In this document: in pieces, positions 19,356 through 35,897 of the stretch | Layout of the letters: each line of letters begins with the position of its first letter | How positions within the stretch are numbered: position 1 is the stretch's first letter | Origin: the human T2T-CHM13v2.0 reference genome, Homo sapiens | Direction: 5' to 3' (one strand) | Assembly (NCBI RefSeq): GCF_009914755.1 | Contig: NC_060930.1 | Length of the DNA stretch: 64,000 bases | Position numbers and translations under genes: made by a program | Notes under the pieces: model-generated | Seen by the model: the letters and a program-made list of their open reading frames with translations, nothing else | Databases searched by the model: none | Told to the model about the DNA's origin: nothing

Positions 19356-19542
19356 GAAATAATTTACCAAACAATGAAGTATGATAGGTATAATTCAATT
19401 AACACAGGCATTTTAGAAATTAAATTATATGTTAAGACTTAAGAGAATTCACAGATTCATAATTGTATTAAGGAGTTCAATATCTACATTTAGAAAACAA
19501 AGTATTGTTCTCAATCACTGAAATGCTTAAATGCTTGATTCT

Positions 19543-19590
19543 TCAAGGAATCTTCTCGGCTGTAAAGACTTGAGAAGCTTGTCTCCTGGC
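19543..19590 (-). CDS. ZUP1: ZUP1 last coding exon (exon 10)
   Basis: ARRQASQVFTAEKIP*; acceptor AG 19592-19591; completes the 1737-nt CDS = 578 aa. Confidence 0.93.
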   Translation of the reverse strand, partial: ARRQASQVFTAEKIP

Positions 19591-21490
19591 CTTGAAAAGA
19601 AATTTTAAAAAACAATTTTAAGCTATAAGTCAATTAATTAGAATATGTGTTGTCATTCTAATGTAAAAAATAAAATCTGGAATTTTTTTTCAAGATAATA
19701 ATGAAAATTCCTAAAGAAAAATTGCAATCTCAAACTTCTGAAATTAGGAATAAACATTTTTCCAGCCAAGGCATAAACAAAGAAAAGTCCAGATAAAGAC
19801 AAAACAGTATGAAATAGAAAATGTCACTTTTTTGTGGAATAATGAGTCAAAAGTAAAATGCTGCCTCAAAGTCAGAGAGAGATGAATAAAAACAGAGAGG
19901 AGGCTAGAGGAAGACAGGGCTGTGCACAGAGAAACTTTATAAACATTATGCATATCCCTCATTATAGTCTTAAAAACGTCACTTCAAAAAAATTTTCAAT
20001 GTTTGTGCTATTTTCACAACCTGAGTTCCAAATCAAGACATATCAAACCAAGCTAAATTAAGTTAAATCAAGCTGAGAATACAAGGATGACACGATGGAA
20101 AATTTACGAATATAGTGGGGTAACTTTAAAACTGCATATCATAATGTGAAAAAGAATTAAGGAACATGGCTATTGCATAAATCTGTATTTACTATTTAAC
20201 TGAACTGCATTAGGTGATATTGTCTAAAATAAATCCTTTCACCTAAACAATTGCTCCAACATCTAGAACAGAGTCTGAAATTAGTAGACACTCAAAACAT
20301 ATCTATGGCAGAAATGTCTTATGGTAATTATAAGACTCTAGTGGCCAAGATTAAAAAAAATTTTTGAAAACCAATCACTCTCTTTCTATAATAGTTGCAT
20401 GATTATTAAAAGATCAGAACTAATCATAAGTACAAATATGAAGAACAAAACATAAAATGCAGTTATAAATATGTATATTTTGGGATACCATAAACTATCA
20501 TATTTGTTTTTAATCCTACAATTTAAAAAATTGTAGTTATTGCTTTGAAGAAATACTTTTAAAAAATGAGTTATAAAAGCTAATATGAAATAAAAGTGAA
20601 ATCACTATTTTGTCCTTTAAATAAAGCTGCAGACTTTTACCTGATGATCTGCAAAACACTTGGCACATTAATATTGGCTGAATTCCTACAGTATAAAGTA
20701 CTGTTAAAAAGGACAGAATAACTATAAGAAACAGATGCTAAAAAAGTTATATTAAATTAGTAAGATTAAATTTTTTTCATTTTTCAAAATGTAATATCTT
20801 TTCAAAAAGAAATGTGAAATTGTTCATACAAAAGCTCAGCAAACATGACTATGAGGTTTTGTATCCTTACAGAAGAGGCAATATAGGGCTCCAGATGCAA
20901 ACTGCCTAAATTGGAATCCTGACTCTCTATTTAGCAGTTGTGCTACCTTAGGAATACAATTTCTCTCTGCCTCAGCATCCTCTTTTATAAAATGGAGATT
21001 AATAATGGTGTCTACTTTATAGGGCTGTTGTGTGGATTAAATTAGTTAACATATGTAATGTGCTTAGGATAAGATAGCCCATAGTACAGAATAAGCATTA
21101 GACAAGTGTTATTTCAATCTATTATAATTAAATCTTATTATATTTATTATTATTATTCCTTTTCTACCTGGCAGTGTTATACATTGTTAGCCAAGTTACG
21201 ATTCTTACAGTTAAAGCACAGCTACTGTCCATGACTTAGAAAACCAGAACATCAAATGCACAGTGCAGAAAGCACATTTTTAGTATTCTAATCCCACAAA
21301 CAACTCCATTTCCAAAACCAGAAAGACAACAGCCAACTAAAATGTTCAGCAAGACTCCACAGTAATACTTAACCACACCTATGCTCTCGAATGTGTACAC
21401 TGGTGAGCAAGTGTCTTGGTATTTTACAATAATTGAAACAAACCTAACTTTATCTAGACAAATTAATGATAGGGTTAAAAAAATTAATGT

Positions 21491-21795
21491 GGCTGGGCAC
21501 GGTGGCTCACGCCTGTAATCCCAGCACTTTGGTAGGCCAAGGCGGGTGGATCACCAGAAGTTGGGAGTTCAACATCAGCCTGGCTAACATGGTGAAACCC
21601 CATCTCTACTAAATATACAAAATTAGCTGGGCGTGGTGGCACACGCCTGTAATCCCAACTACTTGGGAGACTGAGGCAGGAGAATCACTTGAACTGGGGA
21701 GGGAGGCAGAGGTTGCAGTGGGCTGGGGTCAAGCCACTGCACTCCAGCTTGGGTGACAGAGTGAGAGTCGGTCTCCAAAAAAAAAAAAAAAAAAA
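21491..21795 (+). mobile_element. AluS
   Basis: dimeric Alu with poly(A). Confidence 0.92.
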
Positions 21796-22088
21796 CCTTG
21801 CCTTTGTATCCCATGTTATGAGACTGAAAAGATTATTCTAGCTCTATTATTTCAAAAACTTACAGTCCTTTCCCCCATGATCCCATTATTCTCCATAACT
21901 GTTTGTCTCTAGTCTTCAGTCACTTTTCTCTTTAGAGGGAAATAAATCAATGTGAAGTATTTTGGAGCTTTTTTTTCTTAATTTAGGGCTTACGCATTTT
22001 CTACACTTGATGTGCTATCATATAGCTTCAGTTCACACCAAGTGGAAATTTTTCAATTCCTAGGAATTTTTCTATAATATTACGTTCC

Positions 22089-22115
22089 CCCCTGATGGTG
22101 TAGTAGCTAGGATTC
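22089..22115 (+). pseudogene. 5' fragment of tRNA-Glu (tailless retrocopy candidate)
   Basis: CCCTGATGGTGTAGTAGCTAGGATTC vs tRNA-Glu CCCTGGTGGTCTAGTGGCTAGGATTC (23/26, from memory), flanked by 33-bp direct repeats. Confidence 0.6.
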
Positions 22116-22391
22116 AATTCCTAGGAATTTTTCTGGAATATTGTGCTCATCACTTAACTGCAAGGAATAAAGACAAGAGGAAATTCTAATGAAGTTAAAT
22201 TCTAGAAATGTGAATATCCAATAAGCCCAAGTGCATAAAATAGAGCCTTAGGAGTCACAAGAATCATATTTTAATAAACCACAATTATAAGGCCAATATG
22301 AGTTAGGTCTCCTTGGATTAAGTTAGGTTTTCTTACTATATGTTTACATTATTCATCGCTCACCTGACATTAAAAATTAAATATTATAAAA

Positions 22392-22859
22392 TTAAACACT
22401 TTTGGAGGAGGAGGAGCCAAGATGGCCGAATAGGAACAGCTCCGGTCTACAGCTCCCAGCATGAGTGACGCAGAAGACGGGTGATTTCTGCATTTCCATC
22501 TGAGGTACCGGGTTCATCTCACTAGGGAGTGCCAGACAGTGGGCGCAGGACAGTGGGTGCAGTGCACCATGCGCCAGATGAAGCAGGGCGAGGCATTGCC
22601 TCACTCGGGAAGCGCAAGGGGTCAGGGAGTCCCCTTTCCTGGTCAAGGAAAGGGGTGACAGGCGGCACCTGGAACATCGGGCCACTCCCACCCGAATACT
22701 GCGCTTTTCCGACAGGCTTAGGAAACGGCGCACCAGGAGATTATATCCTGCACCTGGCTCGGAGGGTCCTACGCCCACGGAGTCTCCCTGATTGCTAGCA
22801 CAGCAGTCTGAGATCAAACTGCAAGGCGGCAGCAAGGCTGCGGGAGGGGTGCCCGCCAT
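22392..22859 (-). CDS. L1 antisense ORF0, open 155 aa (translation unproven)
   Basis: MAGTPPAALLPPCSLISDCCASNQGDSVGVGPSEPG matches the ORF0 N-terminus; strong Kozak GCAATGG. Confidence 0.55.
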   Translation of the reverse strand: MAGTPPAALLPPCSLISDCCASNQGDSVGVGPSEPGAGYNLLVRRFLSLSEKRSIRVGVARCSRCRLSPLSLTRKGDSLTPCASRVRQCLALLHLAHGALHPLSCAHCLALPSEMNPVPQMEMQKSPVFCVTHAGSCRPELFLFGHLGSSSSKSV

Positions 22860-23440
22860 TGCCCAGGCTCGCTTAGGTAAACAAAGCAGCCGGGAAGCTC
22901 GAACTGGGTGGAGCCCACCACAGCTCAAGGAGGCCTGCCTGCCTCTGTAGGCTCCACCTCTGGGGGCAGGGCACAGACAAACAAAAAGACAGCAGTAACC
23001 TCTGCAGACTTAAATGTCCCTGTCTGACAGCTTTGAGGAGAGCAGTGGTTCCCCCAGCACACAGCTGGAGATCTGAGAATGGGCAGACTGCCTCCTCAAG
23101 TGGGTCCCTGACCCCTGACCCCTGAGCAGCCTAACGGGGAGGCATCCCCCAGTAGGGGCAGACTGACACCTCACACGGCCGGGTACTCCTCTGAGACAAA
23201 ACTTCCAGAGGAACGATCAGACAGCAGCATTCGTGGTTCACGAAAATCTGCTGTTCTGCAGCCACTGCTGCTGATACCCAGGCAAACGGTCTGGAGTGGA
23301 CCTCTAGCAAACTCCAACAGACCTGCAGCTGAGGGTCCTGTCTGTTAGAAGGAAAACTAACAAACAGAAAGGACATCCACACCAAAAACCCATCTGTACA
23401 TCACCATCATCAAAGACCAACAGGAGATAAAACCACAAAG

Positions 23441-24457
23441 ATGGGGAAAAAACAGAGCAGAAAAACTGGAAACTCTAAAAAGCAGAGTGCCTCTCCTCCT
23501 CCAAAGGAACGCAGTTCCTCACCAGCAACGGAACAAAGCTGGACGGAGAATGACTTTGACGAGTTGAGAGAAGAAGGCTTCAGACGATCAAACTACTCCG
23601 AGCTACAGGATGAAATTCAAACCACAGGCAAAGAAGTTAAAAACTTTGAAAAAAATTTAGACGAATGTATAACTAGAATAACCAATACAGAGAAGTGCTT
23701 AAAGGAGCTGATGGAGCTGAAAGCCAAGGCTCGAGAACTACGTGAAGAATGCAGAAGCCTCAGGAGCCAATGTGATCAGCTGGAAGAAAGGGTATCAGCG
23801 ATGGAAGATGAAATGAATGAAATGAAGCGAGAAGGGAAGTTTAGAGAAAAAAGAATAGAAAGAAATGAACAAAGCCTCCAAGAAATATGGGACTATGTGA
23901 AAAGACCAAATCTACGTCTGATTGGTGTACCTGAAAGTGACGGGGAGAATGGAACCAAGTTGGAAAACACTCTGCAGGATATTATCCAGGAGAACTTCCC
24001 CAATCTAGCAAGGGAGGCCAACAGTCAGATTCAGGAAATACAGAGAATGCCACAAAGATACTCCTCGAGAAGAGCAACTCCAAGACACATAATTGTCAGA
24101 TTTACCAAAGCTGAAATGAAGGAAAAAATGTTAAGGGCAGCCAGAAAGAAAGGTCGGGTTACCCACAAAGGGAAGCCCATCAGACTAACAGCGGATCTCT
24201 CAGCAGAAACTCTACAAGCCAGAAGAGAGTGGGGGCCAATATTCAACATTCTTAAAGAAAAGAATTTTCAACCCAGAATTTCATATCCAGCCAAACTAAG
24301 CTTCACAAGTGAAGGAGAAATAAAATACTTTACAGACAAGCAAATGCTGAGAGATTTTGTCACCACCAGGCCTGCCCTAAAAGAGATCCTGAAGGAAGCA
24401 CTAAACATGGAAAGGCACAACCGGTACCAGCCACTGCAAAATCATGCCAAAATGTAA
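23441..24457 (+). CDS. L1 ORF1p, intact 338-aa frame
   Basis: MGKKQSRKTGNSK...ARREW...YPAKLS...QNHAKM, full length with no stop. Confidence 0.92.
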   Translation: MGKKQSRKTGNSKKQSASPPPKERSSSPATEQSWTENDFDELREEGFRRSNYSELQDEIQTTGKEVKNFEKNLDECITRITNTEKCLKELMELKAKARELREECRSLRSQCDQLEERVSAMEDEMNEMKREGKFREKRIERNEQSLQEIWDYVKRPNLRLIGVPESDGENGTKLENTLQDIIQENFPNLAREANSQIQEIQRMPQRYSSRRATPRHIIVRFTKAEMKEKMLRAARKKGRVTHKGKPIRLTADLSAETLQARREWGPIFNILKEKNFQPRISYPAKLSFTSEGEIKYFTDKQMLRDFVTTRPALKEILKEALNMERHNRYQPLQNHAKM

Positions 24458-24520
24458 AGACCATCGAGACTAGGAAGAAACTGCATCAACTAACAAGCAA
24501 AATAACCAGCTAACATCATA

Positions 24521-28344
<3,824 letters not shown>

Positions 28345-29003
28345 ACAATGAGAACACATGGACACAGGAAGGGGAACATCACACTCTGGGGACTGTTGTG
28401 GGGTGGGGGGAGTGGGGAGGGATAGCATTAGGAAATATACCTAATGCTAAATGACGATTTAATGGGTGTAGCACACCATCATGGCACATGTATACATATG
28501 TAACTAACCTGCACATTGTGCACATGTACCCTAAAACTTAAAGTATGATAATAATAATAATAATAAATAATAAAAAAAGAAGAAGAAGAAGAAGAAAGAG
28601 GAGGAGGAGGTGGAAAGAAAAAATCAGCTCATGAATGATATCAAGACAGGAAACGGGCATTTAATGACTACTGTTTTGCAAGGGATTCAGACACTCCTAC
28701 AAGGCTAAATTGTAAGGTTGATGAAAACATCATTTAAGATGTAGCCTATCATAATTATTTGTACAAAAGTACTTTTGAAAGCTTTATTAAGTTTTAATTA
28801 ACATACAGTAAACTGCACATATTTAAAATGCAAAAAAATTAAATTAAATTAAATTAAATACTTTTATGAAGCTCTAAGTATAAAAAGTCATTAAAGTACC
28901 ATTTCAAATATAAATATGTTCATTCCAGAAATTAAAAACATATAAAACCAAATGGCTTTTCCAAGTTAATGAAACAGAATAAGGTGCTAAGGAATACAAA
29001 GTG

Positions 29004-29332
29004 GGCTAGGCACGGTGGCTCACGCCTGTAATCCCAACACTTTGGGAGGCTGAGGTGGGCAGATCGCTTGAGCCTAGGAGTTTGAGACCAGCCTGGGCAC
29101 CATGGTGAAACCCCGTCTCTACAAAAAATACAAAAATTAGCCAGGTGTGGTGGCATGTGCCTGTAGTCCCAGCTACTTGGGAGGCTGAGGCAGGAGGATC
29201 GCTTGAGCCTGGGAGGTCAAGGCTGTAGTGAGTCATGATTGCATGCCACTGCACTCAGGCCTGGTCAACAGAGTGAGACCCTGTCTCCAAAAAAAAAAAA
29301 AAAAAAGAAAAAGAATAGAAAAAAAAGAAAAA
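29004..29332 (+). mobile_element. AluJ
   Basis: GGATCGCTTGAGCCTGGGAGGTCAAGGCTG J-type diagnostics. Confidence 0.9.
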
Positions 29333-29418
29333 AGTGATAACACTGATTTTAAACTAAAAGTTTTAAACTTTTAAGTTCATCTCATTCAAACTTCACATAT
29401 AAATATTTAGATACTTAC

Positions 29419-29639
29419 AAGTTTCTCCTCTAGAGAAAGAGCACCCTCTACTGCCAATATCTGGTATTGCTTATGTTTTAAATTTCCCATAGATTTCCGA
29501 AGTTGCTTGAGACTGCTAGCCTCTATGTCTTGCTTTAATAATTTCTGCATTTCTCGAGAAGGACATCCAGGATCAAGTATTAGTAAGCATAATGTTCGGT
29601 TTTTTTTCTCTTCAATTCCAATAACAGTTCGACTGTGAC
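29419..29639 (-). CDS. ZUP1: ZUP1 exon 9, catalytic His491 and Asp512
   Basis: GHSRTVIGIE...LLILDPG...EEKL; AG acceptor, GTAAGT donor; 221 nt. Confidence 0.96.
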
Positions 29640-30294
29640 CTATCAAAAGATTTTTAAGTTATACATACGTCACATCTATTTACAGTTATACAAATAGTCT
29701 CTGTATGTATGTTGTGTGATCATATGTGTGTTTAGAATATAAATACAGTCAGACTCTGACACATATGTATCTAAGTTCTCCTAAGACGTAAGAGTTTAGT
29801 TCTACTTCAGTTTTTTCATTTAACTTTAGTTTTCTAAAGGCTTCATTACCAAAAAAAACATTTTTATTCTGCCAAATATTTTACTTTTCCTTTCCCAATC
29901 CTTTGATCCTTCTTATTCAAATTATCTCAAATGAAAGAACAAAAACTGTTCTAGAACAAAACTCTCATGATTCCAAAAGGTAAACAAAAGTAAACCCATA
30001 AATGCTAGAATATCAGTGGAGGGAGCTTAATCTCTTATAGTTTATATTCCTAAACAATGAAATTCCTAACATTTACTTCTGTTTATTCCTGTCAATCCAA
30101 ACCATCATTCATAATTTACCAAGTATCTATGTGCCGGGTACTACTCCAAGCACGAAGGTATATAACAGCAAACAAAACAGACAAACGTGCCTGTGTTCTT
30201 GGAACTTATATTCTAATAGGAAGAGATACTCTATAAATGAGGTAAATAAGTGAAGAAAATGCCAGCGGTGGGATGCTGGGATGAGTTGTACGTG

Positions 30295-30580
30295 TTTTTG
30301 ACACAGCCTCACTCCGCCGCCCAGGCTGGAGTGCAGTGGCAGAATCATGGCTCACTATAGCCCCCAACTCCAAGGCTCAAGTGACCCTCCCACCTCAGCC
30401 TCCTGAGTAGCTAGGACTACAGGCATGTGCCACCACACCTGGCTAATTTTCTTATGTTTTTGTAGAGACAGGGTCTCACTATGTCACTCAGGCTGGTCTC
30501 AAACTGCTGGGCTCAAGCAATCCTCCTGCTTTGGCCTCTGAAAGTGCTAGGATTACAGGCATGAGTTACCATGCCTGGCC
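30295..30580 (-). mobile_element. AluJ inside an L2 relic
   Basis: J-type dimer on minus strand. Confidence 0.88.
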
Positions 30581-30861
30581 TTGAGTTCTACTTTTAAGGT
30601 AAGGTAAGGTCAGGGAAGGCCTCACTCAAGTGACATGTGGGTAAAGACCCAAGAAGGTAAGGGATGAACAATGAAGGACAAGTGAACTAAACACAGAAAA
30701 CAAGAAGTGCAAAAGGTCCTGAAGATGTCAGGAATATCAGTCTTAATTACCCAACGAAGTATTGTAGAAATATCAATCTTAATTACCTAAGAAAGTATTG
30801 TACTGTCAAAGGAGCTCTGAAAAATTAAACAGATTAATGTCATAATACTCCCTGCTATTAT

Positions 30862-31116
<255 letters not shown>

Positions 31117-31163
31117 TTATCTTATAAACAACATTGTCAAATATGAGTTATATTAATACTAAC

Positions 31164-31315
31164 CTTGATGCTGAAGATAGATAGGAGGTTTAGATGTACA
31201 CACTACCTTTGGACTCCCTTCTCCCTCTGAAGAATAATAGTTCAATATCCATTCAAATAAGCGAGGGTGTGTACCCAAAGGACCAGTTGATTTGTGAAAA
31301 TCAACAATATGACAC
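31164..31315 (-). CDS. ZUP1: ZUP1 exon 8
   Basis: (K)CHIVDFHK...PPIYLQHQ; 152 nt; donor GTTAGT. Confidence 0.95.
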
Positions 31316-32383
31316 CTATTAAAAATTGACAAAATGCACATTTAAAGGGCATTTTAAAATATTTTCATCGATGGAGTTATCAAATACAACAAATTCTTAG
31401 TTTAGAACTAACTGTTTCTAGCCATTACTTTCCTATAAAAGAAGAAAAGTAAATATAAATTTTTATTACTTATCTAAAAAACTCCTTTTTGTGGGGGATA
31501 ACTATTTAACAATTCTCCCTATTTAACTATTTAACTATTCCTCTAACTAGCTAACTATTTAAATAACTTCATAATAAGTCTGCTGACTAACCTAAAGGTT
31601 ACAAACATTCTCTGATATATAAAATCTCCATGAATAGTAAATAATGACCATACTTGATTTTTAAAAAGTCATCTACACATAATTTTTTCACAGCTTTTAT
31701 TCTAGTTTCTAACCCTGATGATCAGAAGCTGATTTCTGATTTTAATTCCTCAGTAGCCATTGGTATATATAAAATAGATCCTAAATACTTTTCCTGTCGG
31801 TCTCTCAAATCTCTATAACAGAAAATACTTGTAAATCATAGAAAAATGTGTGTGTACTCAATCTATACATCTATCTCCTATTTGCCACCGGACCACCGTG
31901 GTATTCTTCCTTCAAGAGGAAGTCACCCTTGAATAAACATTTTTTTAACCAGAAACACTGTTTATACTACTCAACAACTGTTTTTAAAAGGTCGGGTATA
32001 ACTAAAAGCATTTGATAGCTTTATCATCACTTTAAACTACAGCACAGATATCCTGTTCTTGTTTCTCTTGGCAATAAAATCTCTAAAACATCCGAATTGC
32101 TAACCTCAGCCTCAGCAAATTTAATGCTGGTAACTTACAGTTGGTTACTGGGTTTTAAGTGCTCAAATAAACTTCTGGATAAACCGTTTAAAAAGAATGT
32201 TTTGGGGTTAGCAGTTTGCATATTTACATTTAGAATACTAATTAAACAGTACCCTACAGGATATAACTCATAGAGAGAGCAACAGAAAGACATGTAAATA
32301 ACTACTAAACACACGCAGGATATATTAATAAAAAAGCTTTCTAAATTATTTAAGGTACCAAGAAAGAAGCTGGACAAAAATTA

Positions 32384-32712
<329 letters not shown>

Positions 32713-33845
32713 TTACTTTAAAACTCAAAACATGATAGAGTATAAATAATCTCAAAGTGTGAACAGATTGGCAAAAAGAAAAAGGAGAAAAGCAGGAATA
32801 AATTTAGAGGGCATTAAAATAGTTCTTTAAATAATTCAAGAAAGTTATTATACATACACACAACATTAGTTTTTCTATGTTAATGAAAGAAATATTTTTA
32901 TTTCTGAATCTAATCAATCAATGTGGTAAAAAGAATGTGATACACTGGTTAAATAACTTAGAAACAAACATAAAAGAAAATATAAAGCCATAAAGCTTAA
33001 CGCAAACATTCCATTAAACACGATCACAGACATCTATCTCTATTTCCTCTTAAAAACCCAATGACATAATACTGAAGGAAAAAATGATTTAAACACCCAA
33101 GGACAAAGAGAATGGGAATAGACAGGAAAAGAGCTCACATCTTCAGAAAATGGAAAGCACCACAGAGAACATATAAAAGTAAATAAAAGAAAATGGAGAC
33201 CGTATGTTTCAAAATCAGAGAGAGGCTGAAAGCTTAGAAGCATAAGGTTTGAGAACAGTGAGGCTAAAAATATGAGATTAATTAAAAGTTTGCTTAGAAG
33301 GCAAATCACACCTTAACTCTCCCCTCCACTAATGTAGGAACTCTAGGTAAGAGAGTGAAAAACTCTTCTCTGGATAACTTCTGGGAAAAGATCTCTCTAT
33401 ATAACGATATTTGAGAGTTCCCCAACCAAATAGTAACCTTCCGCCTTCCACCTAAGACTTTTAAATAAGTCTGCTAATCTGCAAGCTCTGTGCAGTCCTA
33501 CAGCACTCTAATCAGCTTTTTAATGTTTCATTCTTCACTCTCTGAATGGACAACTAAGGATTTCCAAAATTAAAAGAAAGCCTTCAAAATAGAAAAGACT
33601 AAAACAAACAGATATGAAAAAATACTAATATCGAACAAACAAAATGCAGGCAATAGAAAGAAAACATTGGAAGAAATTTTGCAACCATAAAGAAAATGAT
33701 GCTATGAAATTACCCCTTAACATAATGGGTAAAATAAAAATTTCAATACAGTAATTGGGGGATAAAGTTGAGTAAATCTAGAAAATAGAGAAAAAGCAAA
33801 GATTTTTAAAAAAGAGACATGATAAACTTAGAAGGTAAAGAAGCA

Positions 33846-34150
<305 letters not shown>

Positions 34151-35276
34151 GATTAGTTCAGTGGCCAACTATCAATAGTTCCACAAAGAAAACAGAGACA
34201 TTATAATTATCAAACAACAATAGTTAACCTCTGAAGTCATGCTGTATGCCAGTCACAGTTCTAAGTACTTTATTATCCCATTTAATTGTCTAACTACTAT
34301 TAATACCTTCTTTTATCAATAGTAGACCTAAGTACAGACAAGTTCATTCATTCAGCTATTAAGTAGGAAAGCTATGAATCAAGGTTAGGCAGTCTCGCTC
34401 CAAAGTTCAAGCTCTTACCTACTATCCTAGATGGAACTAAGATCTTAGACAACTCACAATTCCAGATTCAAAGAGAAAAACAAATGCCCAACACAATGAA
34501 TCAAAGCCCCACACCCCATGGTGAAATTTCATAATATCGTGAAATTATGATGGGCTAAGAGAAGGTTGGAATAACTTCCACAGAAAATAAATAGGTTATA
34601 CATTTTAAAAATGAGACTACACACACACACACACACACAAAACAGTGAAAAAATGCTACATGACAATAGCTGTAGATCTAGAAGGCAAAAAGTCCAGATT
34701 GGAGCAAAGAGGACAGAATGCTCAAGAAGGATGTGTCCGAGAATAAGGAGAGCCTCAGATTACATGACAGGTAGAGTGCAAAAACTTGAGGCCATGATGT
34801 CGTCACATATTATAGTAAAAGAGAAAAGGAAACACAATTATTAACTCAAGAAAAATTATAAATGATTTTAGAAAAAATCAGCAACAAGCAATATTTACAC
34901 AATTGTATAATAAAATCTGACTTTATAAAATGATGTAAACTCTGATTTTAATAAAAACCAAGATTTAATCATATCAGAAGGATTGAAGGTAAACAGGTAT
35001 AAGATATTAAAACAGACTATCTGAAACTCATAAACCAAGAAACAGCTATGAAAGCATACCATTTAAAAACAATGGAAGTGACAGTTGCCTCTGAGAGACA
35101 GAACTTGAGGGTAGAGAAGAGCACAAGATAGTGAATAGGCTGCTGATTTTCATTGCTACTTAATTTAGTGCTACTTAATTTTATTTTTAAACTATCTCTT
35201 TGCTAAAAAATAAAATTTTACAAAACAAAGCTCCCCGATAAGGAAATAACATTTATTTAGGTTTTAAGGTACATAC

Positions 35277-35442
35277 TTTACCCTTAGGGAGGTCAGGAGT
35301 ATATATACTTCACATGCTCCAATCCAGGCCTTTGTTCCCTGTAACCTGTTATTAAGTTGAGAGGCCCCCTGAGGATCAAAACCTTCCTTCCATGCATCTT
35401 CAATCATAGATTGAATTTTTGGAATGCAAGGAATCAACATAC
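35277..35442 (-). CDS. ZUP1: ZUP1 exon 7
   Basis: GMLIPCIPKIQSMIEDAWKEGFDPQG...WIGACEVY...LRV; 166 nt; donor GTATGT. Confidence 0.95.
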
Positions 35443-35708
35443 CTAAAATTACACAAGCAAACATGTTACATGACTGTTAATAAAGTACTGAATAATATTT
35501 AGCAGTGTATTATGTACTCGGGGAACTTTACGGTTTTTAAGACAGTTATTCCTGACATCTTCTATCATTTTCTCTTCCTCTAACCAGAATTCAGGTTTCT
35601 TATATAAATATCCACTAACTGTTAAAGCTATTAATTGTGTATGCTATATCATTCTATATCATATGTATTTTATCAGATGACAAGTTCAGAGTACTAGATT
35701 TCACATAC

Positions 35709-35897
35709 CTTTTAAGCAATCGTTGTAAGCATCATTTTGTAATAATGATGAAAGTAGCATTTGGAAATTTCTGTAACCACAACCCCAACCTTTGTCGCCT
35801 AAAGATGAATGAAAGTGATCCACCACTGAAGAAAGCCACACCCGTCTCACATCTGTGGCAGCATTCTGATAATACCTATGAAGTGCTTCAATAATTC
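35709..35897 (-). CDS. ZUP1: ZUP1 exon 6, catalytic Cys360 (codon 35781-35779)
   Basis: GIIEALHRYY...GDKGWGCGYRNFQML...DCLK, peptidase C78/UFSP-type DxGWGCxYR motif; 189 nt. Confidence 0.97.

Noticed and set aside
32139-32253. Possible 115-nt poison exon in ZUP1 intron 7 (TAG acceptor, GTAAGT donor on minus strand)
   Set aside because: A competing AG interrupts the pyrimidine tract and such site pairs are common by chance; unsupported without RNA data
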